A DNA stretch of 64,000 nt, taken from a virus (lineage: Duplodnaviria; Caudoviricetes). The stretch spans positions 64,001 through 128,000 of the IMG/VR virus record IMGVR_UViG_3300021979_000004. The stretch is one strand, 5' to 3'. Positions 17,528 through 26,685 of the stretch are shown here, piece by piece (within the stretch, counting starts at the first letter, position 1; every line of letters begins with the position of its first letter). The notes under the pieces are model-generated. The model worked only from the letters and a program-made list of their open reading frames with translations, searched no databases and had not been told where the DNA came from. The position numbers were made by a program, and so were the translations under genes.

Positions 17528-17955
17528 ACGAATACCTTAGTCTTGGGACTTTTGATTTTCATATAGTTTAGTGCTTTCTTCACACAATTGGTATTTCTTA
17601 GTATTTCCCAAATAAGAACACCTTGACTATCTTTGCCCAACGCTGAACTTAGATATATCCCATTAGGGAAGTTCGTGGTTATATCACATGAAATAGCCTT
17701 TTTAATAAGAGCTTCAGCGAAAGTTGGTGTGAATATTAAATGAATATTTTCCTTAACAATCTTTGGTATGTAGCAACCTGTCAAACGATATAGAACCATG
17801 TCAATTACCATATCATTTTCAATGATACGCTTTCGGACTATGTTAAAAACATTGTCTCTAGACTTTCCTTGTGTTTTCCGTACCAAGGAATCCTCTATAA
17901 GGCGCATAGATTGATAGATGTAAAGCATACGATGTTTTGAATTAGATATTTCCAA
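17524..17955 (-). CDS. Paralog triplet member with KLKxP motif
   Basis: KKALNYMKIKSP. Confidence 0.75.
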   Translation of the reverse strand: MEISNSKHRMLYIYQSMRLIEDSLVRKTQGKSRDNVFNIVRKRIIENDMVIDMVLYRLTGCYIPKIVKENIHLIFTPTFAEALIKKAISCDITTNFPNGIYLSSALGKDSQGVLIWEILRNTNCVKKALNYMKIKSPKTKVFV

Positions 17956-17957
17956 TG

Positions 17958-18422
17958 TTATTCTCCCAAATCTAAGTCTTCACGAGGAAACTTTATCTTG
18001 ACGTAGTTTATTGACTTCTTCATAGAATCATGGTCTTTATTGTTTGGATACCAAGTATACCAAGATAGCCCTTGTTGGTTTCTAAACATGGTTCCCAACA
18101 TACACGCAAGATTACATGGGCCTTCTAGATAAGTGCCAGTTTGTTTAAGTAGGCATGTAGGTACTCTCTTTATGAACCTAGAAACAATCTCAGAAGTTAC
18201 AAAGTATGGCATGTTTATTCCAACTTTTCTTGGAATGAACTTGTTTTGGTTAATGTCCGTAAAATAGCAGAAAAATCGTATAAGGTTGAGGTCATCCCCG
18301 ACAAATTCATCGAATGTTTTCTTAGCCACATCAAACCCATAAAGTGACAGATCACTTTCAACAGTTTGTAGAAAGTAATACACTCTTAAGGCGTCAACTT
18401 TTTTCTTTGCTATTTCTTCCAT
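17958..18422 (-). CDS. Paralog triplet member with KLKxP motif
   Basis: KKSINYVKIKFP. Confidence 0.75.
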   Translation of the reverse strand: MEEIAKKKVDALRVYYFLQTVESDLSLYGFDVAKKTFDEFVGDDLNLIRFFCYFTDINQNKFIPRKVGINMPYFVTSEIVSRFIKRVPTCLLKQTGTYLEGPCNLACMLGTMFRNQQGLSWYTWYPNNKDHDSMKKSINYVKIKFPREDLDLGE

Positions 18423-18428
18423 AGGAAG

Positions 18429-18457
18429 ATGTTATCAGGAAATTTTAGGAAGGTCAA
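18429..18457 (-). promoter_or_regulatory. sigma70-type promoter
   Basis: TTGACC-17-TAACAT. Confidence 0.55.
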
Positions 18458-18458
18458 T

Positions 18459-18486
18459 AAAAAAGGATGAGCTTTTGACTCATCCT
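18459..18486 (-). terminator. Rho-independent terminator
   Basis: AGGATGAG/CTCATCCT stem followed by a U-tract on the minus strand. Confidence 0.7.
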
Positions 18487-18638
18487 CTACGTACATGGTA
18501 GAAATTGCTTGGGCGAACAGTTCTTTTTGAATCGAAGATAGTATCTTTGGTAGCCCAATAGCTGATCCCGACAGATGCAAATCCTAAAGCAACTATAAGC
18601 CCAACAACTCCAACGTATAGAAGTGCTGCGCTAAACAT
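18480..18638 (-). CDS. 52-aa single-pass membrane protein (not in ORF track)
   Basis: AGGAG RBS; MFSAALLYVGVVGLIVALGFASVGISYW...; CATAAATA-like element upstream. Confidence 0.7.
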   Translation of the reverse strand: MFSAALLYVGVVGLIVALGFASVGISYWATKDTIFDSKRTVRPSNFYHVRRG

Positions 18639-18686
18639 AAATAATCTCCTAAATAGCCTAATTATTTATGTTCAAAATACGCTATT

Positions 18687-19250
18687 TTAAGCAGCTTGTG
18701 AATCAGTATTTGCACTTACAGGCATCAGTGAAAGATAGTCCACTATTTCATAGATAAAGCATAGGAAGCTCACCTTATCGATATAGACTCTTTCCATATC
18801 ATCCTCTCTCTCAACACCACTGCGAATGATTATTGGAAGGTCTAGTATATCTTGAATACCATAGTCGAGAATATTTTCCTCAACGTCGTTACCAATTCCA
18901 GAGTATACACTGATATTGGTATACGTTTCAGTACGGCACACACTCTCTTCATTGTAATAAAGCTCATGAATATATTCAAACGATAGGTAATTCAAACGAT
19001 GATTTCTGCCTAGTATATTTGAAGATTCCGTCATATTGATAAGCTCTTCTATAAAGCTATGAACCTTTTGTAGTTCAGGATACGCCTTAAGAGTCATTAT
19101 CAAGTCACGTACTGAATAAGTACGTTCCAGTTCAATACTCTCCTGAAGATACTGAATAATTGACGCATCCATGATTGGTGTGTTGATTATTTCTGGTTCT
19201 TCATAAGTGAATGCAATATTACCTTTCTTGTATAGAGATATATGTTCCAT
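18687..19250 (-). CDS. Acidic hypothetical protein
   Basis: AAGGA RBS; ORF track. Confidence 0.7.
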   Translation of the reverse strand: MEHISLYKKGNIAFTYEEPEIINTPIMDASIIQYLQESIELERTYSVRDLIMTLKAYPELQKVHSFIEELINMTESSNILGRNHRLNYLSFEYIHELYYNEESVCRTETYTNISVYSGIGNDVEENILDYGIQDILDLPIIIRSGVEREDDMERVYIDKVSFLCFIYEIVDYLSLMPVSANTDSQAA

Positions 19251-19277
19251 ACCATGTTCCTTCTATTATAATAGTAA

Positions 19278-19421
19278 TTATTTAAAGATTTTGAACCACC
19301 AACGATTAGAATACTTTTCGTAGAATGAATCGCTTACTGTGATGATTCTATAACAAAATAGGAGCTTGGTCGTGCAAAGACCAGCGAAGAGAATGAGTAG
19401 TGATAGGATGAGAATTGCCAT
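19278..19421 (-). CDS. 47-aa membrane protein (not in ORF track)
   Basis: GGAGG RBS; MAILILSLLILFAGLC...RWWFKIFK. Confidence 0.65.
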   Translation of the reverse strand: MAILILSLLILFAGLCTTKLLFCYRIITVSDSFYEKYSNRWWFKIFK

Positions 19422-19487
19422 AGGAACCTCCCAATATATAACGTAAGTAAAAACACTAATATACTAAGATAATATATCAGTAACTAG

Positions 19488-19516
19488 AAAAAAGCAAGGG
19501 AGCGTCAAGCTCCCTT
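19488..19516 (-). terminator. Rho-independent terminator after nadV
   Basis: AAGGGAGC/GCTCCCTT stem plus U-tract. Confidence 0.75.
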
Positions 19517-19518
19517 TA

Positions 19519-20883
19519 TTACGCGGCTAGTTCTCTTATTTCATCGAAGGTTTGACGACGCTTAATCACACCATCTTCATACACTACTTCAAGTAGGTTG
19601 GAATCACCAGCAAAACTCTCTGGGACTGTCTTGTAGCCTTCATCCACATCTGGGACTAGTGCTAACCTACCTTTCTTAGAAGTCTTACCAGCGTCGGTCA
19701 CAGGGTCTTTAAAGACGTTTCGACCCTCGCCATTGACTTCGATGTAAGAGCATTTCATAGCGAACTTCTGAGTGTCACGGTTGTGGTCTTGTAGAAGTTT
19801 ACCACCCATACCGAATACAACATTCTCAACAGACCATCCGTTAGTTTTTAGGTTCTCGCAGATTCTACGGATCATTTCGATATCGATACCGTCACCCTGT
19901 AGAACACGAACCTTATCATTTAGAACTTTGTATCCTTTGGTATTCTTATAAGAACCAAACTTCTCATCTAGAGCGGTGATAACATCATAAACAACTTCAA
20001 TCGGATTGCCACTATCAGGACGAACTACTAACACACCGTCACGCTTTAGAATTTTATCTTTAAGCTTCTCACCAAAGATGTTGCTAACTGCATTGTAAAT
20101 GTCATAGCTATCTGCAACGATAGATAGAATACCAGTTGGGTTTTCATCAATTAGTTTCTCGTATGCAGCCGCTTCACCATCTTTACCGTGGGAGGTGATT
20201 GTGCTGTGTTCTGCCGCAACAACACTGTAAGCGCACACGTTAGAATCGTAGTAGCGCATAGCTGTTAGAATACCTTCCATAGTATCTGTACCGCTGAAGT
20301 TGATAAGGTGCGCTGCACCACCAATACCAGCAGTGGTATCAGAAGAAGCACCACGATAGCCGAAATCATGTAGTTTGAATGGTAGGCTATCGGTATTATC
20401 AGATGTTAGTTCTAGATATTTTTTAATAATTTTCTTGCATTCTTTACTGTAAGTTGCTACAGTAGATGCATACCATACGGCAGAAAGTAGACGTGGCTCT
20501 AAGAAAGATGGTAGCCAGTAAAATTCTGGTAGGGTATTTTCAATAACAGCAAGTACGTTTTTGACAGGTAGTACCATACCTTCTTTTACAGCACTGATCT
20601 TAATAGGTAGGTAGCCTAACTCAACGAGTGCTTTAGCACCTTCGTAGTTAAATGGTACGCCGTGTAGCTCAGTGAATGTTTTAGCTTCTTCAACATCCGC
20701 CATGGTTGGAAAATTGTCATTGATATCTTGAATAGCTTTCTGTAGGCCGAAGAATAATACTTCGTCAAACTTGCCGCCACGGCTTTCAATGTAAGAATAT
20801 ACTTTAGTAGTACCAGTTGGGTACTGGCTGAAGTGGGATAGTTTGTAGGAATCTGTTTTTAGAAAAAAGTTATTATAGTTCAT
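19519..20883 (-). CDS. nadV: Nicotinamide phosphoribosyltransferase (NAMPT)
   Basis: TDSYK, LHDFGYRG, AAEHST, VRPDSG, QGDG, GMGGKLLQ and KKGRL motifs. Confidence 0.95.
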   Translation of the reverse strand: MNYNNFFLKTDSYKLSHFSQYPTGTTKVYSYIESRGGKFDEVLFFGLQKAIQDINDNFPTMADVEEAKTFTELHGVPFNYEGAKALVELGYLPIKISAVKEGMVLPVKNVLAVIENTLPEFYWLPSFLEPRLLSAVWYASTVATYSKECKKIIKKYLELTSDNTDSLPFKLHDFGYRGASSDTTAGIGGAAHLINFSGTDTMEGILTAMRYYDSNVCAYSVVAAEHSTITSHGKDGEAAAYEKLIDENPTGILSIVADSYDIYNAVSNIFGEKLKDKILKRDGVLVVRPDSGNPIEVVYDVITALDEKFGSYKNTKGYKVLNDKVRVLQGDGIDIEMIRRICENLKTNGWSVENVVFGMGGKLLQDHNRDTQKFAMKCSYIEVNGEGRNVFKDPVTDAGKTSKKGRLALVPDVDEGYKTVPESFAGDSNLLEVVYEDGVIKRRQTFDEIRELAA

Positions 20884-20972
20884 GATATTATCTCCTAATT
20901 TTGGTTTGGCTCTTTCGCCGTAATATAAGACCTTTGGTCTTTTTGGATGGGTCTTTCTGACCTCTGATAATA

Positions 20973-21000
20973 TTTATACCACGAACAACAATTCTGTCAA
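20973..21000 (-). promoter_or_regulatory. sigma70-type promoter of nadV
   Basis: TTGACA-16-TATAAA. Confidence 0.65.
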
Positions 21001-21025
21001 CCCCCTTTCTGAATTTTTTCATCAT

Positions 21026-21033
21026 CATAAATA
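21026..21033 (+). promoter_or_regulatory. T4-like late promoter
   Basis: CATAAATA upstream of the AAGGA-ATG start at 21066. Confidence 0.6.
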
Positions 21034-21065
21034 CTATAAAATAATGTAAAATAAAAAGGACGGTT

Positions 21066-22448
21066 ATGGGTGTGCGATTTTATGGTAACGTACAGTTACC
21101 AACCATTATAATTGGTAAGGGTAGAGGAAGGTTTGCTACCATCTATCTTTTATCAGCCAATGAAGACGGTACATTTTTCAGACAGAGTATAAGTAATGGT
21201 TCGATAACTTGGAGTGACACGTTAACTGAAGCTTCAATACCAGTCGCTATTGATGGTAATGCTTATACGAATTATTCTTATATAGCTTATCAAAATAAGT
21301 TTGTAAAAAAGTTTGATATTAGAGGAACAGAGCTTTGGAGTAATACACTTACATATATTCCAACAGACTTGGCATTGGGTTCCAATAATAAAGTATACGT
21401 AGTTCAAAACAGTAATACGATTTCAGTGTTTGATACTGACACTGGTGAAAAAGAAACTGACATTACTATTGAAAATGTTTCGAAGGTAGCAGCCAAGTAC
21501 GGCTTACATGTTGGTACAACTAATGGATATGTACATTATGTGGATCAAGATGGTGTAATACAATCATCATATAATACTGGTAGTTCTGTTATTGATCTAC
21601 AAAATAATAAAGATGGGAGTGTTATATCATTATCATCAAATAAGATATCAAGGATATCTAACACAAGTAATCTCGTATGGTCGTATAACGATACGTCTTA
21701 CGGAACTTTCAAATCATTTACATATGATCCCTTTGATAAATTTACCTACGTGGGAACAACGTCTGGGAATATCATTAAGATAAACGACTCTGGACAATAT
21801 ATAAACCATTTTAATGTATCATCCAATCCAATGAATGCTATATCATTCTGGTATGATACGTTATATGTAGCCGACTCAAACGGAAATGTGTCAGCCTATG
21901 ATGAATCATTTGTTGAGAAATGGTATAGGGAAGGTAGCTCTATTGCTAAGGTGGATTTGCATGTGACTCAATCACAAGAATCCATTCACCCACCGATTAA
22001 AACTATCAATAAAGGATCACTTAGTAATGTGGTTGTATCGCCACAAGTTAATGAGTCTTATTCTGTTTTAGTAAGCGATTATACAGAAACCGACTATGCT
22101 AATACGTTACTACCAACCGAGTTTGATGTATCTAAAGGTATAGCGGTAACAACCAAGCCACTGTCTAATGAAGCCTACGAAGTGGTATCTAATTATAGCG
22201 ATCAAACCAGTGTTTATAATGATACTTTGCTACGAACTGAATTTGATATATCTAAGGACATTGTGGTTGTTACTAAGCCGTTGTCTAACGAATCTTATGA
22301 AGTAGTAGCTAATTACACAGACAACACACAAACTTATAATGACACTTTAATATCACCTATGGTGGATATTAATACTTCTTCGTCATTCAATACGAAACCA
22401 GTCATTAACCGATCATACGAATTAAATATTAATTACACAGGGGAATAA
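21066..22448 (+). CDS. Late protein: shared N-peptide, PQQ-like beta-propeller, C-terminal repeats
   Basis: Blade-like repeats ending in GTELWS/NLVWSY/VEKWY; MGVRFYG start. Confidence 0.65.
   Translation: MGVRFYGNVQLPTIIIGKGRGRFATIYLLSANEDGTFFRQSISNGSITWSDTLTEASIPVAIDGNAYTNYSYIAYQNKFVKKFDIRGTELWSNTLTYIPTDLALGSNNKVYVVQNSNTISVFDTDTGEKETDITIENVSKVAAKYGLHVGTTNGYVHYVDQDGVIQSSYNTGSSVIDLQNNKDGSVISLSSNKISRISNTSNLVWSYNDTSYGTFKSFTYDPFDKFTYVGTTSGNIIKINDSGQYINHFNVSSNPMNAISFWYDTLYVADSNGNVSAYDESFVEKWYREGSSIAKVDLHVTQSQESIHPPIKTINKGSLSNVVVSPQVNESYSVLVSDYTETDYANTLLPTEFDVSKGIAVTTKPLSNEAYEVVSNYSDQTSVYNDTLLRTEFDISKDIVVVTKPLSNESYEVVANYTDNTQTYNDTLISPMVDINTSSSFNTKPVINRSYELNINYTGE
22029..22445 (+). repeat. Intragenic 39-40 aa tandem repeats (about 3.5 units)
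   Basis: NE(S/A)Y-like motifs at nt about 22050/22167/22287/22407; TKPLSNE and YNDTL recur. Confidence 0.85.
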
Positions 22449-22451
22449 GAA

Positions 22452-23684
22452 ATGCCTTCTATAATAATAAATTTAAGTTGGGTTGATACCAACCGTGTAG
22501 AGGATGGATACCGAGTATATAAAAGTACTAGTCCCATGGACCCAGAAGTATCTATGCCTGCACCAATTGCTACACTAGACCCAAATAGCGAGTCTTATGT
22601 AGACACTGATGTAGTCTATGGTCAAACCTATTACTACATTGTAAGCTCATTTAATAACTTACAAGCCAATGAAGTTTTTTCTGAAAACAAAGAAGTTGTT
22701 TGTGAAGAAAATATTTACGCAATATCTGTTGATGGTGAGACGCATAAGTTAGACACTAACGGAAATAGAATATTTGTTGATAAAACGACTAACTTGTTTG
22801 GTTCCATAAGAGCAGAGTTCACAATGGATATGGATTACAAAGGAAACTTTTATTACGTTTCTGGAAATACTATTAAAAAGGTAGACAAAAATTTCCAAGA
22901 GGTTTGGACGTATGACTTTGCACCATATACTCTGTATAATAATAATTTTGCATTTTATGTTGGCGTTGATGAGTGTGTTTATGTAATTAACACCTACTAT
23001 CAAAATTATAGCGCAGGAACACAAATCTTTAAAATTAATAAAAATGGTACTGAGGGTGATATTATCGATAGTTTTTCTGGGACTTCGTTTTCTAATCCGT
23101 CAATTACATTATCCCCAGATATGTCAATGTTGGCTACAGAGATAACTTCTGGTAGTACTACATATACACATTTATATGATACGCTTACTGGATATAAATA
23201 TACATATATCAAGGGCGGCAACCAAAACAATACGTATGCACCTCAAAGGGGTATAGCTATTGATAAAGAAAATAATGTGTATAGTAGTGGTTTAGACTAT
23301 TACTCTTCTTGTGATAAGTATGGCGATGAAAGGTGGTCGGTTAACTCTTCTAATTATAATCAATCTTATGGTTCAGTTCTCTCGATGGACGACGCATTTG
23401 TATACTCAATTAACGATAATAAAAGAAGACTATACCGCTTCAATACATCTAATGGGTCTGCGGTGAGTAATGCTTTTCAATATGAAATGACTGATATCTG
23501 TATTGATAGTAATAATAACATTTATGTGTGTACGCATTACAATAATGATGGAGTTATTAGAAAGTATGATAATACCCTATCACCAGTGTGGTCTTATAAT
23601 ACACTATCGACAGGGTTCGATTTCATATTAATCGAACCGGGGATGCATTATCAATCGATACATAAAAGCTTAGGAGACGAATAA
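22452..23684 (+). CDS. FN3-like domain plus beta-propeller late protein
   Basis: LSWxD...GYRVYKS...YVDTDVVYGQTYYYIVSS FN3 pattern, then propeller blades. Confidence 0.7.
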   Translation: MPSIIINLSWVDTNRVEDGYRVYKSTSPMDPEVSMPAPIATLDPNSESYVDTDVVYGQTYYYIVSSFNNLQANEVFSENKEVVCEENIYAISVDGETHKLDTNGNRIFVDKTTNLFGSIRAEFTMDMDYKGNFYYVSGNTIKKVDKNFQEVWTYDFAPYTLYNNNFAFYVGVDECVYVINTYYQNYSAGTQIFKINKNGTEGDIIDSFSGTSFSNPSITLSPDMSMLATEITSGSTTYTHLYDTLTGYKYTYIKGGNQNNTYAPQRGIAIDKENNVYSSGLDYYSSCDKYGDERWSVNSSNYNQSYGSVLSMDDAFVYSINDNKRRLYRFNTSNGSAVSNAFQYEMTDICIDSNNNIYVCTHYNNDGVIRKYDNTLSPVWSYNTLSTGFDFILIEPGMHYQSIHKSLGDE

Positions 23685-23685
23685 A

Positions 23686-24831
23686 ATGAGTGTAAATATA
23701 AAAATAAACTTTTTTTCAAGTGAAGATGCTGACAGCATCAATATTTATCGTGCAACACCAAGTATAAATGTAAACAGCTTACCGGCTCCTATCGCAAACA
23801 TTCCATCAACATCTAAAGAATATCAGGACAGCGGTTTAACAAAGAATACAACATATCAATATGTCGTGGGGTCTGTATACGGTTCTGAAGAAAAAATATC
23901 TGATGTAATTAATGTCAATACGTCCGAACCTATTATTGGAACATACTCGAATCTCGTTTATAAACTTGATCAAGACTTTAATTTATTTTACTATAACAAT
24001 ATTAACACCCTTTCAGGAACAGCATATGCAGTTGACATGGATTCTGATGGAAACTATTATGCAGTTGGAGCTACTAATATTGTTAAAACTGACAAGGATA
24101 ATAATTTAGTCTGGGAATACATATACGATACTGAAACCGTGTGGGGAGATACTATAGTAAAGGGACAAGATGGTTATGTATATGTTGGTCTTAGGGACGG
24201 TAGAGTCTTAAAAATAAACGATGCCGATGGTACAATAGTTTGGACTAATACTGATCATACGCTACAAGTCAACCAATTGGTCGTATCTTTTAGCGGCAAT
24301 GTATACACCGCTTCTGACGATGATTCTATTAAAAAAATACTCCCTGATGGAACAGTGTCTTGGACTTTTGATTTATTTACAAACAATGTTAGAGGTATAT
24401 GTATGGATGAGAATGAAAACATATACGCACATGGTAGTGACAACACATTCAGAAAAATAAGCCCAAGCGGCACCGAACTATGGAGTAAATCTGGTGCATA
24501 CCTTACGTATTACCGAAGAATGTTTTATAGAGCAGACAGCGGGATTTTATACTTAATTAGTTCTAACAATTTGTATAATGTAAATAAGCAAGATGGATCT
24601 TTAACACTTTTGTTCAGCTTAAACTTATATAACAATGCTGCGTCTTTAATCGATATGTTTGTTTATGACAACGGTAATATATTATTAACAACATCATATA
24701 CTAATGATGGATTCTATATTTTTTATGATCCTACGGGCAATATTCTCCATTCTGGAACTGAATTCGGGAGGATTGATAGAATTGCTTCAAGTCCCGGTAC
24801 ACAATCCATACAATTAGGATTACATACTTAA
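23686..24831 (+). CDS. FN3-like domain plus beta-propeller late protein (paralog of 22452)
   Basis: INIYRA...YQDSGLTKNTTYQYVVGS FN3 pattern; DGTIVW/GTELW blades. Confidence 0.7.
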   Translation: MSVNIKINFFSSEDADSINIYRATPSINVNSLPAPIANIPSTSKEYQDSGLTKNTTYQYVVGSVYGSEEKISDVINVNTSEPIIGTYSNLVYKLDQDFNLFYYNNINTLSGTAYAVDMDSDGNYYAVGATNIVKTDKDNNLVWEYIYDTETVWGDTIVKGQDGYVYVGLRDGRVLKINDADGTIVWTNTDHTLQVNQLVVSFSGNVYTASDDDSIKKILPDGTVSWTFDLFTNNVRGICMDENENIYAHGSDNTFRKISPSGTELWSKSGAYLTYYRRMFYRADSGILYLISSNNLYNVNKQDGSLTLLFSLNLYNNAASLIDMFVYDNGNILLTTSYTNDGFYIFYDPTGNILHSGTEFGRIDRIASSPGTQSIQLGLHT

Positions 24832-24832
24832 C

Positions 24833-24857
24833 AAAAGGCTCCATATGGAGCCTTTTT
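24833..24857. terminator. Bidirectional terminator
   Basis: AAAAGGCTCC-atat-GGAGCCTTTT between convergent genes. Confidence 0.8.
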
Positions 24858-25260
24858 AATTATTTACAATTTTGACCATATTCAAGGTTGGTTCAAGTCC
24901 ATGGTACAAAGCGTATTCAAATTGAGACTTGTCGTATTTTGGTATACATGGAAGCAACCCCTGAAGATCAATCTTATAATAATTAGGGTTCTTTTCATAA
25001 TGGTATTCAAGTTCTAAAAGAACCTCGTAAAAGTCTAAACCAATTTTAGCTGTACCATAACTATAACTTATATCAATTCCATCGTGGTAACAAAACTTGA
25101 TTTTTTGAATCATCATATCAATTTTGTCTTGAACCCTATCATAATATGGAGCATCACTATCTAAAGAGCCTTTCATATCAAAACCAATAGTAAGGGATTT
25201 GAGAAGACTGGTATTTCCATATTCTTCATAACGGACAATGGTTACTAATGTATTATTCAT
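24856..25260 (-). CDS. Hypothetical protein
   Basis: ORF track; probable start MNNTLVT with ATGA-type overlap. Confidence 0.65.
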   Translation of the reverse strand: MNNTLVTIVRYEEYGNTSLLKSLTIGFDMKGSLDSDAPYYDRVQDKIDMMIQKIKFCYHDGIDISYSYGTAKIGLDFYEVLLELEYHYEKNPNYYKIDLQGLLPCIPKYDKSQFEYALYHGLEPTLNMVKIVNN

Positions 25261-25727
25261 TTCATAATCCTTACAATATCCAATGCTGAATTGAAGTTTG
25301 TTTTGTCGATCAAACTCACGTTTACGTCCATTGTCATCAAAGGTTTTACTGATGCACATATAATTTTATAATATCTCATTATCTCATTCAAGTTTTCTTT
25401 ACATCCTTCAAGATCAAATATATAAATTTCAAGCTCACTTATTTTATATACCTTGCGTGTAACCAATCCTTGTTCTTCATAAGAAAATTTCAGACTAACA
25501 TATTCATTAGAAAGATGTTTAACTGCTTCATAAAACTTTGGCATCTTATATGCTGTCTTGTCGTCAATTGAAGAGACATTAATCTGGAACATCAAATACG
25601 ATCCCGGTTTGTACATTTCCTTGTCAGTACAGATATCATGTTCCCACAAGGTGTACTTGTAAGAGTCTTCTATCATGTCGGACAACAAAGTATAGTCGGG
25701 TAACTCTTTCTTTTTCAGTTTGGTCAT
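25257..25727 (-). CDS. Hypothetical protein
   Basis: ORF track. Confidence 0.65.
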   Translation of the reverse strand: MTKLKKKELPDYTLLSDMIEDSYKYTLWEHDICTDKEMYKPGSYLMFQINVSSIDDKTAYKMPKFYEAVKHLSNEYVSLKFSYEEQGLVTRKVYKISELEIYIFDLEGCKENLNEIMRYYKIICASVKPLMTMDVNVSLIDKTNFNSALDIVRIMK

Positions 25728-25770
25728 AATAAAAAGGGGAGCTTACGCCCCCCAAACCTCAATATTGGTG

Positions 25771-26343
25771 TTAGTTAATATTGATTGCACTGTCTGTACC
25801 AGATTCAAATTCTTGGCGGGTAGATTCAGCAACAATAGTGTTGTACTCATCAAGGTTAATCTTTGGAAAGTCGTTAACACTTGTCATGAAGAAGCCACTA
25901 AAGAAGCTGTTCAGTTCACGGTTATAGATACGCTTAGTATCAAGGAAGCGAGTCTGTGCGTTCTGAAATTCTGCACGACCAGCTTTAATAGTCACTTGAA
26001 TCTCTTTATACATACCCGGATCAAGGTTGATATTCTGTTCCTGAATCCACTGGAACATAGCTTGTGAACCGTCTTCACCATAACGGCCTTCGAAGGTTGC
26101 ATCAACAATTTCACTCAGGTCTTCTTTGTACTTGTCAGTGACTTGTACAATCTCCTGAACCTTAAGAGTGTAATTAGACTTGATGTTCTGAAGATCATCA
26201 TATTGTGCAACAATCTGTGACTCAAGATCAACGGCACGGTCGTTATACGAAACGTACATACCGCCGAAGGTTGCACCCACTGCGATTAGAACACCCAGAA
26301 GGGACAATACTGCAATGATTGCGATTTTAGCACCTGTACTCAT
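25771..26343 (-). CDS. LemA-like membrane-anchored coiled-coil protein
   Basis: N-terminal TM, SYN...ESQI motif, R..YNxELNSF-like C-terminal motif. Confidence 0.6.
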   Translation of the reverse strand: MSTGAKIAIIAVLSLLGVLIAVGATFGGMYVSYNDRAVDLESQIVAQYDDLQNIKSNYTLKVQEIVQVTDKYKEDLSEIVDATFEGRYGEDGSQAMFQWIQEQNINLDPGMYKEIQVTIKAGRAEFQNAQTRFLDTKRIYNRELNSFFSGFFMTSVNDFPKINLDEYNTIVAESTRQEFESGTDSAININ

Positions 26344-26345
26344 AA

Positions 26346-26600
26346 TTACTTTTTCCTATAGTGTTTGTGTAAGTTTTTAAGTTTGAATCTACCCATTGCA
26401 TGGGTGTCATCTTCTAGTATTATAACATGCACCTCTAAAAGTGCAACATCATTTCCAATTCCAATCATGTGTCTTGTGTAGAAACCGATGCCTTCAATCT
26501 CTCGGTCTACATACCTAAGAGAGTTTTCAATACCATTCTCAACACATCGACACTCGATACCTCGGATGTTGGTTATTTGTTTAGTTAGGAACCAATTCAT
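26346..26600 (-). CDS. Small protein with KLK motif
   Basis: MGRFKLKNLHKHY at the C-terminus. Confidence 0.6.
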   Translation of the reverse strand: MNWFLTKQITNIRGIECRCVENGIENSLRYVDREIEGIGFYTRHMIGIGNDVALLEVHVIILEDDTHAMGRFKLKNLHKHYRKK

Positions 26601-26685
26601 TTTCCGTTTTTGGAAACACGATGAACATATGTCTATTTTACATTCTTTAACATATGTCCATTCGTTGTAAGGTATATCTAACTTT

